A model generated the notes under the pieces. The model was not told where the DNA came from. It did not search any database and saw only the letters and a list, made by a program, of their open reading frames with translations. Both the position numbers and the translations under genes were made by a program. This document shows positions 9,917 to 18,398 of a DNA stretch of 43,470 nucleotides, one piece after another (position 1 is the first letter of the stretch; each line of letters opens with the position of its first letter). This DNA comes from Chlamydiales bacterium (lineage in GTDB: Bacteria; Chlamydiota; Chlamydiia; Chlamydiales; JBDQID01): positions 1 to 43,470 of the forward strand of contig JBLFWS010000006.1 in assembly GCA_047611865.1 (NCBI GenBank). Reading direction: 5' to 3'.

Positions 9917-11314
9917 TTAGGCAAGACGTATAACAAGCTCTCCATCAGGGCCTTTCCTCACACGAAAAGTCGGAGACTTACGCAAAGTCCGTAGTACAAA
10001 ATCTTCGTGCAGGAGAACCCACTCCATGGCACACTCTCTAAGAAGGAAGCCTATGATTTCACGGAGCGTATAAGAAATACCTCGTTTGTAGAAATAGCTT
10101 TTCACCCTCCCCAAAACACTTTGGTATTGCTCCGCAACGGAGGGATTAGCACAGTAGACCCCTGGCTCCACCTCCAATAGGTCCTTGCATAGGAGAAACT
10201 TACCATTAAAGTATGTGTCCCCAAGAAAACTTAGCACAGCCTTCGTCTTAGCTCTATCCGTGCTTGACTCGGATAAACGCTCGAAAACATCCCTACGAGA
10301 AGCAATACCTTGACGATTTAGCATCCAAGGCACAATGAACGCACTAGCAATTTGTCCTAACGCATATTCAAGGAACTTCCTTTTCTTATGGCTTTCAAGC
10401 AAATTAAGAGCTTCGTTTCGACACTCTTCGTGCTTTACATTGTTCCAATGTCTGACAGTTGCATTATCTGCAGTACTGAGAGTAAACAAATCAGAAAGCC
10501 CGTAATTCCATAAAAGACAATGGAGTTGCTTACGTTCCATTTCCCCTAGCAGACATTTCAATAGACTACAAAAATCCACCTGCCTCACGCAATTCAAAGG
10601 TGAACCTTTCAGGTAGCCTTCCAAAGTCTGCTGCACTTCATCAATATGTCCCTGCCCCATCCCCTTAAACTTCAAGAAGTCAGAAGTCTCATAGTTCACT
10701 ATATCCTGAATGATCTTTTTCCCATTTTCCAGGAGAGCTTTTTGAGGCTGAGCTGAAAGAGAAAGAACTTCTATAGGTTCATGAAGCATCAAAGAACCCA
10801 TCCAGTCTCTGAAACCTTGGCCAAAGTCAAAGATCTTTTGATCTTCCTCGAAAGGTTCTTCTTCCCCGGCCTCCTGGATCCGCTTTTTTTCACTCACAGA
10901 TGTAGAAGCTTCAGAGACACGACGTACAGTATTAATATCTACATTTTCCAGAGAGTAAATTTCCTTAAAATCCCCAGGATACGAACCTTGGTTCTCCTTC
11001 AAAATAAAAGGTCTACTCGGCACAGACCCTTTTGTTAGTGACCCCTTATCAAATGAAGAAGGAGCTTTAAGACTTACTGGCTCTGCTTTTCCCTGATCCC
11101 TGGATTTATAAGGTACCGCCACACCAACAACTCCGCTGTCAGAAGTTCCACCCATCAGAGAATTTCCCATTGCCAGGAGAGAATCTTCAAGCTTTTGCAG
11201 TCTATCTTTTTCTTTTTCTTCCAGATATAATTCGGACTCAAAGCCATCGTCTTCTAAGGAAGATGACTTAACCAGTCGACCAATATGATCCTTCAGTTTT
11301 CGTATGAGCGTCAT
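9917..11314 (-). CDS. Hypothetical protein with an RNA polymerase alpha-CTD-like HhH domain
   Basis: Central segment PIEVLSLSAQPQKALLENGKKIIQDIV...LKFKGMGQGHIDEVQQTL resembles the alpha-CTD consensus. The rest is unrecognised. Confidence 0.55.
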   Translation of the reverse strand: MTLIRKLKDHIGRLVKSSSLEDDGFESELYLEEKEKDRLQKLEDSLLAMGNSLMGGTSDSGVVGVAVPYKSRDQGKAEPVSLKAPSSFDKGSLTKGSVPSRPFILKENQGSYPGDFKEIYSLENVDINTVRRVSEASTSVSEKKRIQEAGEEEPFEEDQKIFDFGQGFRDWMGSLMLHEPIEVLSLSAQPQKALLENGKKIIQDIVNYETSDFLKFKGMGQGHIDEVQQTLEGYLKGSPLNCVRQVDFCSLLKCLLGEMERKQLHCLLWNYGLSDLFTLSTADNATVRHWNNVKHEECRNEALNLLESHKKRKFLEYALGQIASAFIVPWMLNRQGIASRRDVFERLSESSTDRAKTKAVLSFLGDTYFNGKFLLCKDLLEVEPGVYCANPSVAEQYQSVLGRVKSYFYKRGISYTLREIIGFLLRECAMEWVLLHEDFVLRTLRKSPTFRVRKGPDGELVIRLA

Positions 11315-11396
11315 AAATACTACTTGTTATTCCTATACTTACTATGTCATAAGCTTTTAGCAAATTTTGGACAACCTCTCTCACAAGGAATGGGGA

Positions 11397-12107
11397 ATGA
11401 AAGATACAAAGAATACGCTTGATGTGGAAAATTACATCTTTCTTCTAGCGGGTTTACTCTTCATTACCGCCCTATATCTTGCTAAAACTGGAGATGAAAT
11501 ACAAGAGTCTGATAACACAATCTCCTCTTTTGTTGAGAGAATTATTCCCACTGTCCCTCCTACTGTCCTTGTATCTCTTAACGGCCAAGACATTTACCTT
11601 ACTAAGCATCCAGTCACCAACGAAGAGTTTTATACTTTTTCCAGAGCTACGGGGTATCGGACCTGGCGTGAGCGAAACCGACTATTGCCAAACTGGCGTT
11701 ATCCTTTTTTTTCAGAAAAAGATAATGAGGAAGAGACTCCAAAAACTTTTGAAGATTTAAAATTGCTCCCAGTTCTCTGGCTTTCCAGAGAAGATAGCGA
11801 AGCTTACTGCCAGTGGCTGAAAAAGGAATATAATTCTTTGGGCAAAAATTATAGCTTTTCTCTTCCCTCCTTTAAGGAACTTGAAGCTGCTGCCATCCAG
11901 CAAGAAGAATCCTTTGATTATCTTACGAAAGACCATTGGGAATGGACACGTAGTGACCTCTCTGATTTTGGAAGTAAACTAGGTAATGCCTCTGACTATC
12001 TAACTGCTTGGAGATCGGGAAATGGTCAGCGCCACAGGCGTTCTTCTGACATGGGGAGAAAAGATGTGTCCGCGACAGGGTTTCGCCTACGAATTTCTCA
12101 AGGATAG
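11397..12107 (+). CDS. Membrane-anchored, degenerate FGE-sulfatase (SUMF1) domain protein
   Basis: N-terminal TM helix. HPVTNEEFYTF..ATGY, PVLWLSREDSEAYCQWL, WEWT, TGFR. ATG 11397 is preferred over TTG 11367. Confidence 0.75.
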   Translation: MKDTKNTLDVENYIFLLAGLLFITALYLAKTGDEIQESDNTISSFVERIIPTVPPTVLVSLNGQDIYLTKHPVTNEEFYTFSRATGYRTWRERNRLLPNWRYPFFSEKDNEEETPKTFEDLKLLPVLWLSREDSEAYCQWLKKEYNSLGKNYSFSLPSFKELEAAAIQQEESFDYLTKDHWEWTRSDLSDFGSKLGNASDYLTAWRSGNGQRHRRSSDMGRKDVSATGFRLRISQG

Positions 12108-12109
12108 AT

Positions 12110-12139
12110 TTGACAGCTTTATTCACCTTCTGCTAGATT
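12110..12139 (+). promoter_or_regulatory. Putative sigma-70/sigma-66 promoter
   Basis: TTGACA-N18-TAGATT with TG extension, upstream of the GAF-PP2C gene. Confidence 0.55.
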
Positions 12140-12176
12140 CCAAATAAATTCATACTCAATCCTTTCGGGTAAAATT

Positions 12177-13478
12177 ATGGCAAATGCGACAGTGAGTGAA
12201 CGACAATTACGTAACCTTCAAGCGCTACTAGACGTCTCTAAAGCTATGGGGCACGAGGTCCATCTTGATAACCTCCTAGCCCTCATTCTAGATAAAGCAA
12301 CCGAAGTTATGGAAGCAGACAGAAGCAGTCTTTTTCTCTATGATCCTGACACAAATGAGTTATGGAGCAAGATAGCTCAAGGAATGACTACCCACGAGAT
12401 TAGATTTCCTGTAGGGTTAGGTATCGCAGGAGACGTCGCCAAGACAATGACTCCCTCCAACATCCACGATGCATACGATGACCCTCGCTTCAACAAAGAG
12501 TTCGATATCAAAAGCAACTACCGCACGAAAAGTGTTCTTTGCCTACCTATGATTGGCCATAACTCTGAATTAGTAGGAGTAATACAGGTATTAAACAAAC
12601 AATCTACGGATGTCTTTGATAAAATAGACGAAGACCTTCTGGCGGCTCTTGGAGCCCACGCAGGGGTTGCTTTACAACGAGCGTTGCTTATTGAGTCCTT
12701 CGTGGAAAAAGAAAAACTCGAAGAGACTCTAAAGCTTGCTAATGAGATACAGATGAGCATGGTACCCAAAAAGTTTCCGCCCTTTCCCCACAAGAAACAC
12801 CTCATAGATATTCACGCCTCTATTGAGCCGGCAAAAGACGTCGGTGGTGATCTTTATGCTTTTGAGCTTCTTGATGATGACCACCTGGCCTTTGCCATAG
12901 GGGACGTTTCAGGGAAGGGAGTACCTGCCGCACTGTTTATGGCCATAGCTACAACCTTCCTTAAGGCGATAGCCGATAAAGACCTCTGCCCATCGGATAC
13001 TCTGATTAAATTAAATGACTTCTTGAGCACAGATAACGAAGCTGACATGTTCGTCACCTTCGTGTATGGTATTCTGGACATAAACACGGGACACATTGCC
13101 TACAGCAATGGAGGTCACAATCCCATCTACATCCTACGCACCGATGGGAGCTTTGACATCCTCGCAAAGCCTATTGGTACAGCTCTGGGCGTTATTGGCG
13201 GTCTGCAATTTGAGCCAGCTACCGCTCAACTCAATAAGGGGGACGTTCTCTACCTTTACACTGATGGCGTCAATGAAGCTATGAATGAAGAATTTGAAGA
13301 GTATACCTACCCCCGTATGGAAGAACTTCTCAGAGGAATTTATAAAAAAACGGCTAAAGAAATCGTCGAGGCATCTGTACTCAGTGTCAAAGAGTTTGCT
13401 GGAAAAGCCCCCCAATCCGATGATATCACTCTCTTAACCATTCGCATCCCTCATGAGGGTGAGGTCGAACCCGAATAA
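12177..13478 (+). CDS. GAF + SpoIIE/PP2C serine phosphatase (RsbU-like)
   Basis: GAF: ADRSSLFLYD, DAYDDPRFN, GVIQVLNK. PP2C: VGGDLY, IGDVSGKGVPAAL, MFVT, YTDGVNEA, QSDDITL. Confidence 0.92.
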   Translation: MANATVSERQLRNLQALLDVSKAMGHEVHLDNLLALILDKATEVMEADRSSLFLYDPDTNELWSKIAQGMTTHEIRFPVGLGIAGDVAKTMTPSNIHDAYDDPRFNKEFDIKSNYRTKSVLCLPMIGHNSELVGVIQVLNKQSTDVFDKIDEDLLAALGAHAGVALQRALLIESFVEKEKLEETLKLANEIQMSMVPKKFPPFPHKKHLIDIHASIEPAKDVGGDLYAFELLDDDHLAFAIGDVSGKGVPAALFMAIATTFLKAIADKDLCPSDTLIKLNDFLSTDNEADMFVTFVYGILDINTGHIAYSNGGHNPIYILRTDGSFDILAKPIGTALGVIGGLQFEPATAQLNKGDVLYLYTDGVNEAMNEEFEEYTYPRMEELLRGIYKKTAKEIVEASVLSVKEFAGKAPQSDDITLLTIRIPHEGEVEPE

Positions 13479-13492
13479 AAGCCTAAAAACTG

Positions 13493-14113
13493 ATGATAAG
13501 AGAAAACTTGGATGACAGATGGAAACAAATACTGAACTACTGGTTTGCTAAGGTTCCCGACGTCCCTACCTACTTTCCCCATGATAAGGCTAAGCTTTGG
13601 TTTAGCAAGAGTCAGGAAACAGACGATTACATCTCTAAAACCTTTGGAGACCTTATCCCTCTAGCAGATAGTGGAGTGCTTAAGCATTGGGAAAATTCGG
13701 ACAAAAGCCGTTTAGCTTTAGTCATTCTTCTGGATCAGTTTACGCGCAATATTTATCGAGGCTCCGAGCAATCTTTTGCCTATGACCCTATCGCCCTCAG
13801 AGTTTGTCTCGAAACCATCGAGAAAGGTAAAGACAAAGATCTCTTTCCTGTAGAGCGCTCTTTTTTCTACCTTCCTCTGGAGCACTCTGAAGACCTCTCC
13901 CTTCAAAATCTTTCTGTAGAAAAATTTCAAAAACTTTTGGAAGAATCTCCTGATAATTTAAGAGAAGTTTTAAGTGCTAATGTCGATTATGCCATCAAGC
14001 ACCGCGAAATCATTGAACGCTTTGGCCGATACCCTCATAGAAATGAAATACTAGGCAGAGAATCAAGCGAGGAAGAAATGAACTTTCTCTCAATGCCTGG
14101 ATCTTCATTTTAA
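13493..14113 (+). CDS. DUF924 family protein
   Basis: ILNYWF, LALVILLDQFTRNIYR, FFYLPLEHSE, RFGRYPHRNEILGRES. Confidence 0.9.
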   Translation: MIRENLDDRWKQILNYWFAKVPDVPTYFPHDKAKLWFSKSQETDDYISKTFGDLIPLADSGVLKHWENSDKSRLALVILLDQFTRNIYRGSEQSFAYDPIALRVCLETIEKGKDKDLFPVERSFFYLPLEHSEDLSLQNLSVEKFQKLLEESPDNLREVLSANVDYAIKHREIIERFGRYPHRNEILGRESSEEEMNFLSMPGSSF

Positions 14114-14127
14114 CCACGATAGATGCC

Positions 14128-15966
14128 CTATTCCTCTTTTTTTTCTGCTGCTATGAATTCCAGAATCGTTCGGACATTGTCTTTGGAAAGGCCTTTTACC
14201 TCTTGAAGCTCTTTTTCACCAGCCTCTTTGATTTTTTTTACGCTCCCCAGTTGCTGTAAAAGAGCTTTACGTTTTACAGGACCGATCCCTGGGATGTCAT
14301 CAAGAAAGCTATGTAGGGTTTTCTTTCTTTGACGCTGTCGATGAAAGGATATAGCTACGCGATGGGCTTCATCACGAATCCGTTGCAGGAGAAAGAGTAT
14401 AGGTGAATCTTTTCTGAGGATGATGGGATCTTTTACATTCTGTAGAAAAACTTGCTCTGAGGTCAGACCTTTATCATGCCGGCCTTCCTCTTTAGCTAGC
14501 CCTATGACATCCACAGCTACGATATCAAGTTCTGACAAAACTTTGCGGGCTATATTCAACTGTCCTTTTCCACCATCAACCATGATTAAACTTGGAAGGC
14601 TGTCTTCTTCCTTAGCACGCTTGTAACGCCTTGTAAGAACTTCTTTCATCATCGCATAGTCATCACCGACCTCTACCTCTTTGATTTTATATTTGCGGTA
14701 GCGCGCCTTGTCTATTTCTCCATCAGTGAATACCACCATTGCGGCCACTCTCTCACTCCCCGAAATATGAGAGTTATCGAAGCATTCAATACGTTCGGGA
14801 AAATTCGTCAAACGAAAACGTTCCTTCATTTGTAACAAAATTTTCTCGCGTATAGCCGTCACATCTTTTTCCTGATGGAAGGCAGCCTCGGCATTTTTCT
14901 CGGCCATCTCCAGAAGTTTTACTTTATCACCCTTTCTAGGACAGTGGAGCTGTACTCTTCTCCCCCCTTTCTCCGACAAAAGATCTGATAGGACCTTTGC
15001 ACTTTCAAGAGTATTAAAAAGGAGTATTTCTTTAGGTGTATCAACCTGATCAAGGTAGTGCTGGAGGATAAAAGACTCCAGCAAAGAGACATCATCCTGA
15101 ACAAGATTTGAAAAATGGTGATTGGTAGCACCGACTAGCTTCCCTCCCCTAAAAATCATTTTAGCCAAGGATACTTCGTCACCCTGACGATAAATACCGA
15201 AGACATCGGTATCAACAGTTTCCAACCGGTGAACCTGCTGTGATTCTATAGTTTTTTCCACCTGCTGGATAATTTTATGAATGCGGCTAGCATTTTCAAA
15301 ATCGAGTTTTCCCGAAGCTGCATCGACCTCTTCATGTAAGTCTTTAAGAACATCAGAATTTTTCCCTTGGAGAAACTGTATCGCCCTGTTGACATAGCCC
15401 TCATACTCTTCTTTACTGCAGTAGTTTACACAAGGTGCGCAACACTTATGAATATGATACAAAAGGCATGGTCGTTCTCTCCTCTCCAGCTCTCTGTCCG
15501 AACACTGTCGCATGGGAAAAATCTTGTTAATTAAATCCAGGGTCTGCCTAGCAGCATGTACATTTGTATAAGGACCAAAATATTTGCCATCATTACCGGG
15601 CTTTCCTTTATATCGCACAAGCCGAATCATGGGCCATTTATGCTTATTCGTGATCACCAGGCTGATGTAACTTTTGTCATCTTTTAAGAGAACGTTATAA
15701 CGAGGTTGATAGTTCTTAATGAGGGTGTTTTCTAAAAGGAGAGCTTCTTTTTCTGAGGAAACTACAATCGTCTCGATGTTTTCGACACGAGAGACGAGAT
15801 GAGGTATCTGAGGTCTTCCATCCCTTCCTGGAACAAAATATTGTTTCACCCTATCCCGAAGAACCTTAGCCTTGCCCACATAGATCACCACATCCTTGCG
15901 GTCTTTCATAATATAGACCCCCGGTTGCTCGGGGTAGCTTGATAACTTATCAGGATCAAAAGGCAT
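14128..15966 (-). CDS. uvrC: Excinuclease ABC subunit C
   Basis: GIY-YIG motif PGVYIM..VIYVGKAK, RIECFDNSH, VDGGKGQL, RDEAHR, HhH IPGIGP. Start is placed at MPFDP (15966) because the longer ORF runs into an intergenic repeat. Confidence 0.95.
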   Translation of the reverse strand: MPFDPDKLSSYPEQPGVYIMKDRKDVVIYVGKAKVLRDRVKQYFVPGRDGRPQIPHLVSRVENIETIVVSSEKEALLLENTLIKNYQPRYNVLLKDDKSYISLVITNKHKWPMIRLVRYKGKPGNDGKYFGPYTNVHAARQTLDLINKIFPMRQCSDRELERRERPCLLYHIHKCCAPCVNYCSKEEYEGYVNRAIQFLQGKNSDVLKDLHEEVDAASGKLDFENASRIHKIIQQVEKTIESQQVHRLETVDTDVFGIYRQGDEVSLAKMIFRGGKLVGATNHHFSNLVQDDVSLLESFILQHYLDQVDTPKEILLFNTLESAKVLSDLLSEKGGRRVQLHCPRKGDKVKLLEMAEKNAEAAFHQEKDVTAIREKILLQMKERFRLTNFPERIECFDNSHISGSERVAAMVVFTDGEIDKARYRKYKIKEVEVGDDYAMMKEVLTRRYKRAKEEDSLPSLIMVDGGKGQLNIARKVLSELDIVAVDVIGLAKEEGRHDKGLTSEQVFLQNVKDPIILRKDSPILFLLQRIRDEAHRVAISFHRQRQRKKTLHSFLDDIPGIGPVKRKALLQQLGSVKKIKEAGEKELQEVKGLSKDNVRTILEFIAAEKKEE

Positions 15967-16050
15967 AAAACACCGTGTCATTTGTTCATCAACATCATGA
16001 CGAAAAGTGAGTTTTAATCCAAGTTGTTGGGCTTTTGGTCCAGGGAACAT

Positions 16051-16101
16051 TTTTGAACACGAAGGCTGCAAAGACCGTGAAGACCGCGAAGGAAGAAAAG
16101 A
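16051..16101. repeat. 9-bp-unit repeat, half copy of the element at 43263
   Basis: CACGAAGGC TGCAAAGAC CGTGAAGAC CGCGAAGGA AGAAAAGA aligns with 43263-43312. Confidence 0.75.
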
Positions 16102-16103
16102 AT

Positions 16104-16130
16104 AGCGCCAGACGATGAACCTCTGGCGCT
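16104..16130 (-). terminator. Probable rho-independent terminator of rlmN
   Basis: AGCGCCAGA/TCTGGCGCT stem followed on the minus strand by ATTCTTTTCTT. Confidence 0.55.
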
Positions 16131-16185
16131 TATAAAATATGTCTCAAAATTAGAACTGCATTCAAATGATCGAAGCTCTAATAAC

Positions 16186-17250
16186 TTAAGCGCTAACTTG
16201 CAGAAGGTTTGTTTGTTCATCTTCTTGCAACGCCAACTGACCACATGCTGCTGCTATGTCATCACCTTTAGTATAACGGCAAGTGTGGTTAACCCCTTCT
16301 TTCGTAAGAATCTTTCTGAAAAATTCAACAGCATCTTTTTTAGGACGCTTCAACTTCAGACCTGGAACGGGATTGTACGGAATCAGGTTAACGACGCATT
16401 GCCTCGAACCTACGAGTTTAGCCAAGTCACGAGCGTGTTCTGGTTTGTCATTAATACCCGCAATCAAAATGTATTCGTAGGTAATATCTCTTTTGGTTTT
16501 AAGAAAAAAGCGGTCCATAGCCAACATGACTTCGTCAAGAGGATATTTACGGGCATAAGGGATAATCTTTTTACGAATGTGTTGAGACGGTGCATGAAGA
16601 GAGAGAACCAAACTAATTTTCAGGCCCTTCTCTGCAAGAGCATGGATCCCTTCAACAATACCAACGGTTGATACTGTAATACGTCTTTGGGAGATATTAA
16701 GCATACTCGGACTGTTTAGCAGCTCTATAGACCTTATCACAGCATTAAGATTCATCAGAGGCTCGCCCATTCCCATATAAACGATGTTCGAGACCCTCTC
16801 GCCCTTCTTCTTCAGCTCAGCATTAATTAGAACAACCTGATCTACAATCTCAGAAGCGCTTAAGTTGCGGAAGAAGCCCATTTTGCCTGATGCGCAAAAA
16901 GCACATTTTGCAGGACAACCCACCTGAGAGGACACGCAAACCGTTCGACGATCTTCAGAACAAATGAGAACAGACTCTACGAGAGTTCCATCGGTCATAC
17001 GCCAGAGATATTTAAAAGTTTCCTTGTCGTCAGACGGTGTACAGCGAACTAATTTAAGGGAGCTCAGCTCAAATGATTCTTCTAGCTTTTCTCGAAGACT
17101 TTTACTGAGGTTTGTCATTTCATCCCAATGATCCACACCTTTTTCATAGACCCAGCTCATGATTTGACGAGCGTGAAACTTCTTTTCCTCACACCCAAGT
17201 AACCATTCCTCTAAATCTTTGACGGTTAAATTGCAAAATCCGGTCTTCAT
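16186..17250 (-). CDS. rlmN: 23S rRNA m2A2503 methyltransferase RlmN
   Basis: TVCVSSQVGCPAKCAFC, YMGMGEPL, RITVSTVG, SLHAP, NLIPYNP, GDDIAAACGQL. Confidence 0.96.
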   Translation of the reverse strand: MKTGFCNLTVKDLEEWLLGCEEKKFHARQIMSWVYEKGVDHWDEMTNLSKSLREKLEESFELSSLKLVRCTPSDDKETFKYLWRMTDGTLVESVLICSEDRRTVCVSSQVGCPAKCAFCASGKMGFFRNLSASEIVDQVVLINAELKKKGERVSNIVYMGMGEPLMNLNAVIRSIELLNSPSMLNISQRRITVSTVGIVEGIHALAEKGLKISLVLSLHAPSQHIRKKIIPYARKYPLDEVMLAMDRFFLKTKRDITYEYILIAGINDKPEHARDLAKLVGSRQCVVNLIPYNPVPGLKLKRPKKDAVEFFRKILTKEGVNHTCRYTKGDDIAAACGQLALQEDEQTNLLQVSA

Positions 17251-17410
17251 TACTAACCCCAGTAATTATTTTATAATTAATAAGGCAATATTATAACATT
17301 TTTAAAAGAACATTACAAGATTGTTGATTCTAAAGGTTAGAAAATACAGGTATGTAAACTCTTTTGTTTAAAACCGCTCAATTGAAGGACCTAAGCTGAT
17401 ACTTGATCTA

Positions 17411-18103
17411 CTAGCTTTGATTTGAAGGAAAGTCGGGCTGAGCCTCTGGGTGTGCCAGCTGAAATGCAGGGTTTTTTGAAAGGGTTTCATCAATACGACA
17501 AAGGATGGGAAATGCTGTCATGTCAACGCCATAGAGCCTGGCATTGTACAGCTGGGGTTGTAAAAACAGGTCTGCGGCACTTAGCTCATCTCCCACACAA
17601 TAGACGCCTGCCGTCTCAACTAGCATTTTTTCAACACCTTTCAGCCCCTTTGTAATCCACTTCATCGCCCAATCCCTATCCTCTCCTTCGGGAAAGTCCT
17701 TCAAAACAGCCCCGTTTTGTAGAGGCTGAATATCTGAAGCAATCATCTGTACAACTTGCCTCACAAGACTGCGTTGATACGGATCTTTTGGATATAATGA
17801 AGGCTCAGGCCGTGTTTCATCAATATATTCGATAATCGCAACCGATTGAGAAAGAACTTTACCGTCTATGCGCAACGTTGGGACTTTTCCCAAAGGGTTC
17901 AAATTGCAATATTCCCCCGTTTTTGCCTTAGAGCTTATACCGCGATAGTTGTAGTCAATGCTCTTTACGGCTAAAGCAATGCGCACCCGCCATGAGCAAC
18001 TACTCCGCCAATGGGAGTACAAATCTACAGATGATTCTGAAGCAAAAGAGGATCCCTGAATAAAAAATAATAGTGAAAAAGTGAAAATCAAAAGACGAAT
18101 CAT
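17411..18103 (-). CDS. maiA: Zeta-class glutathione S-transferase / maleylacetoacetate isomerase with a predicted signal peptide
   Basis: WRSSCSWRVRIAL, NPLGKVP, SQSVAIIEY, DIQPLQN, AHPEAQPD. Hydrophobic leader MIRLLIFTFSLLFFIQGSSFA. Confidence 0.85.
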   Translation of the reverse strand: MIRLLIFTFSLLFFIQGSSFASESSVDLYSHWRSSCSWRVRIALAVKSIDYNYRGISSKAKTGEYCNLNPLGKVPTLRIDGKVLSQSVAIIEYIDETRPEPSLYPKDPYQRSLVRQVVQMIASDIQPLQNGAVLKDFPEGEDRDWAMKWITKGLKGVEKMLVETAGVYCVGDELSAADLFLQPQLYNARLYGVDMTAFPILCRIDETLSKNPAFQLAHPEAQPDFPSNQS

Positions 18104-18152
18104 TCAGCTACTCTCCAAGCCTTAAAAAAAGCTGCGAAATCAACCATAAACA

Positions 18153-18362
18153 GGCGTTGTTGCATAACTTAATACGTTTACAATCATTTATTCAACCACA
18201 GAGAGCACCGAGAACACAGAGAGATAGAAAAATGCATAAAGTCTCTCAGAATATGCTATCAACTGATCTGTGATTTTTTATTTTCTCTGCGCCCTCTGTG
18301 ATCTCGGTGGTAAAGCATTAATCATAAGCCTCTTGTAGACGCATATTTTATGCAACAACGCC
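18153..18362 (+). mobile_element. MITE copy 1 (210 bp), IS5/IS903-like ends
   Basis: Perfect 15-bp TIR GGCGTTGTTGCATAA/TTATGCAACAACGCC. 9-bp TSD CCATAAACA at 18144-18152 and 18363-18371. No ORF. Confidence 0.93.
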
Positions 18363-18398
18363 CCATAAACACGTTTCTTCGCAGCTTATATAATCTCT

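Noticed and set aside
15967..16071. 35-aa N-terminal extension of UvrC in the ORF track
   Set aside because: It starts inside an intergenic repeat and has no UvrC-like sequence. The ATG at 15966 gives a normal N-terminus.
16198..16671. 157-aa ORF antisense to rlmN, and the many other 60-145-aa shadow ORFs
   Set aside because: They lie within well-supported genes on the opposite strand or frame and have no independent coding features.
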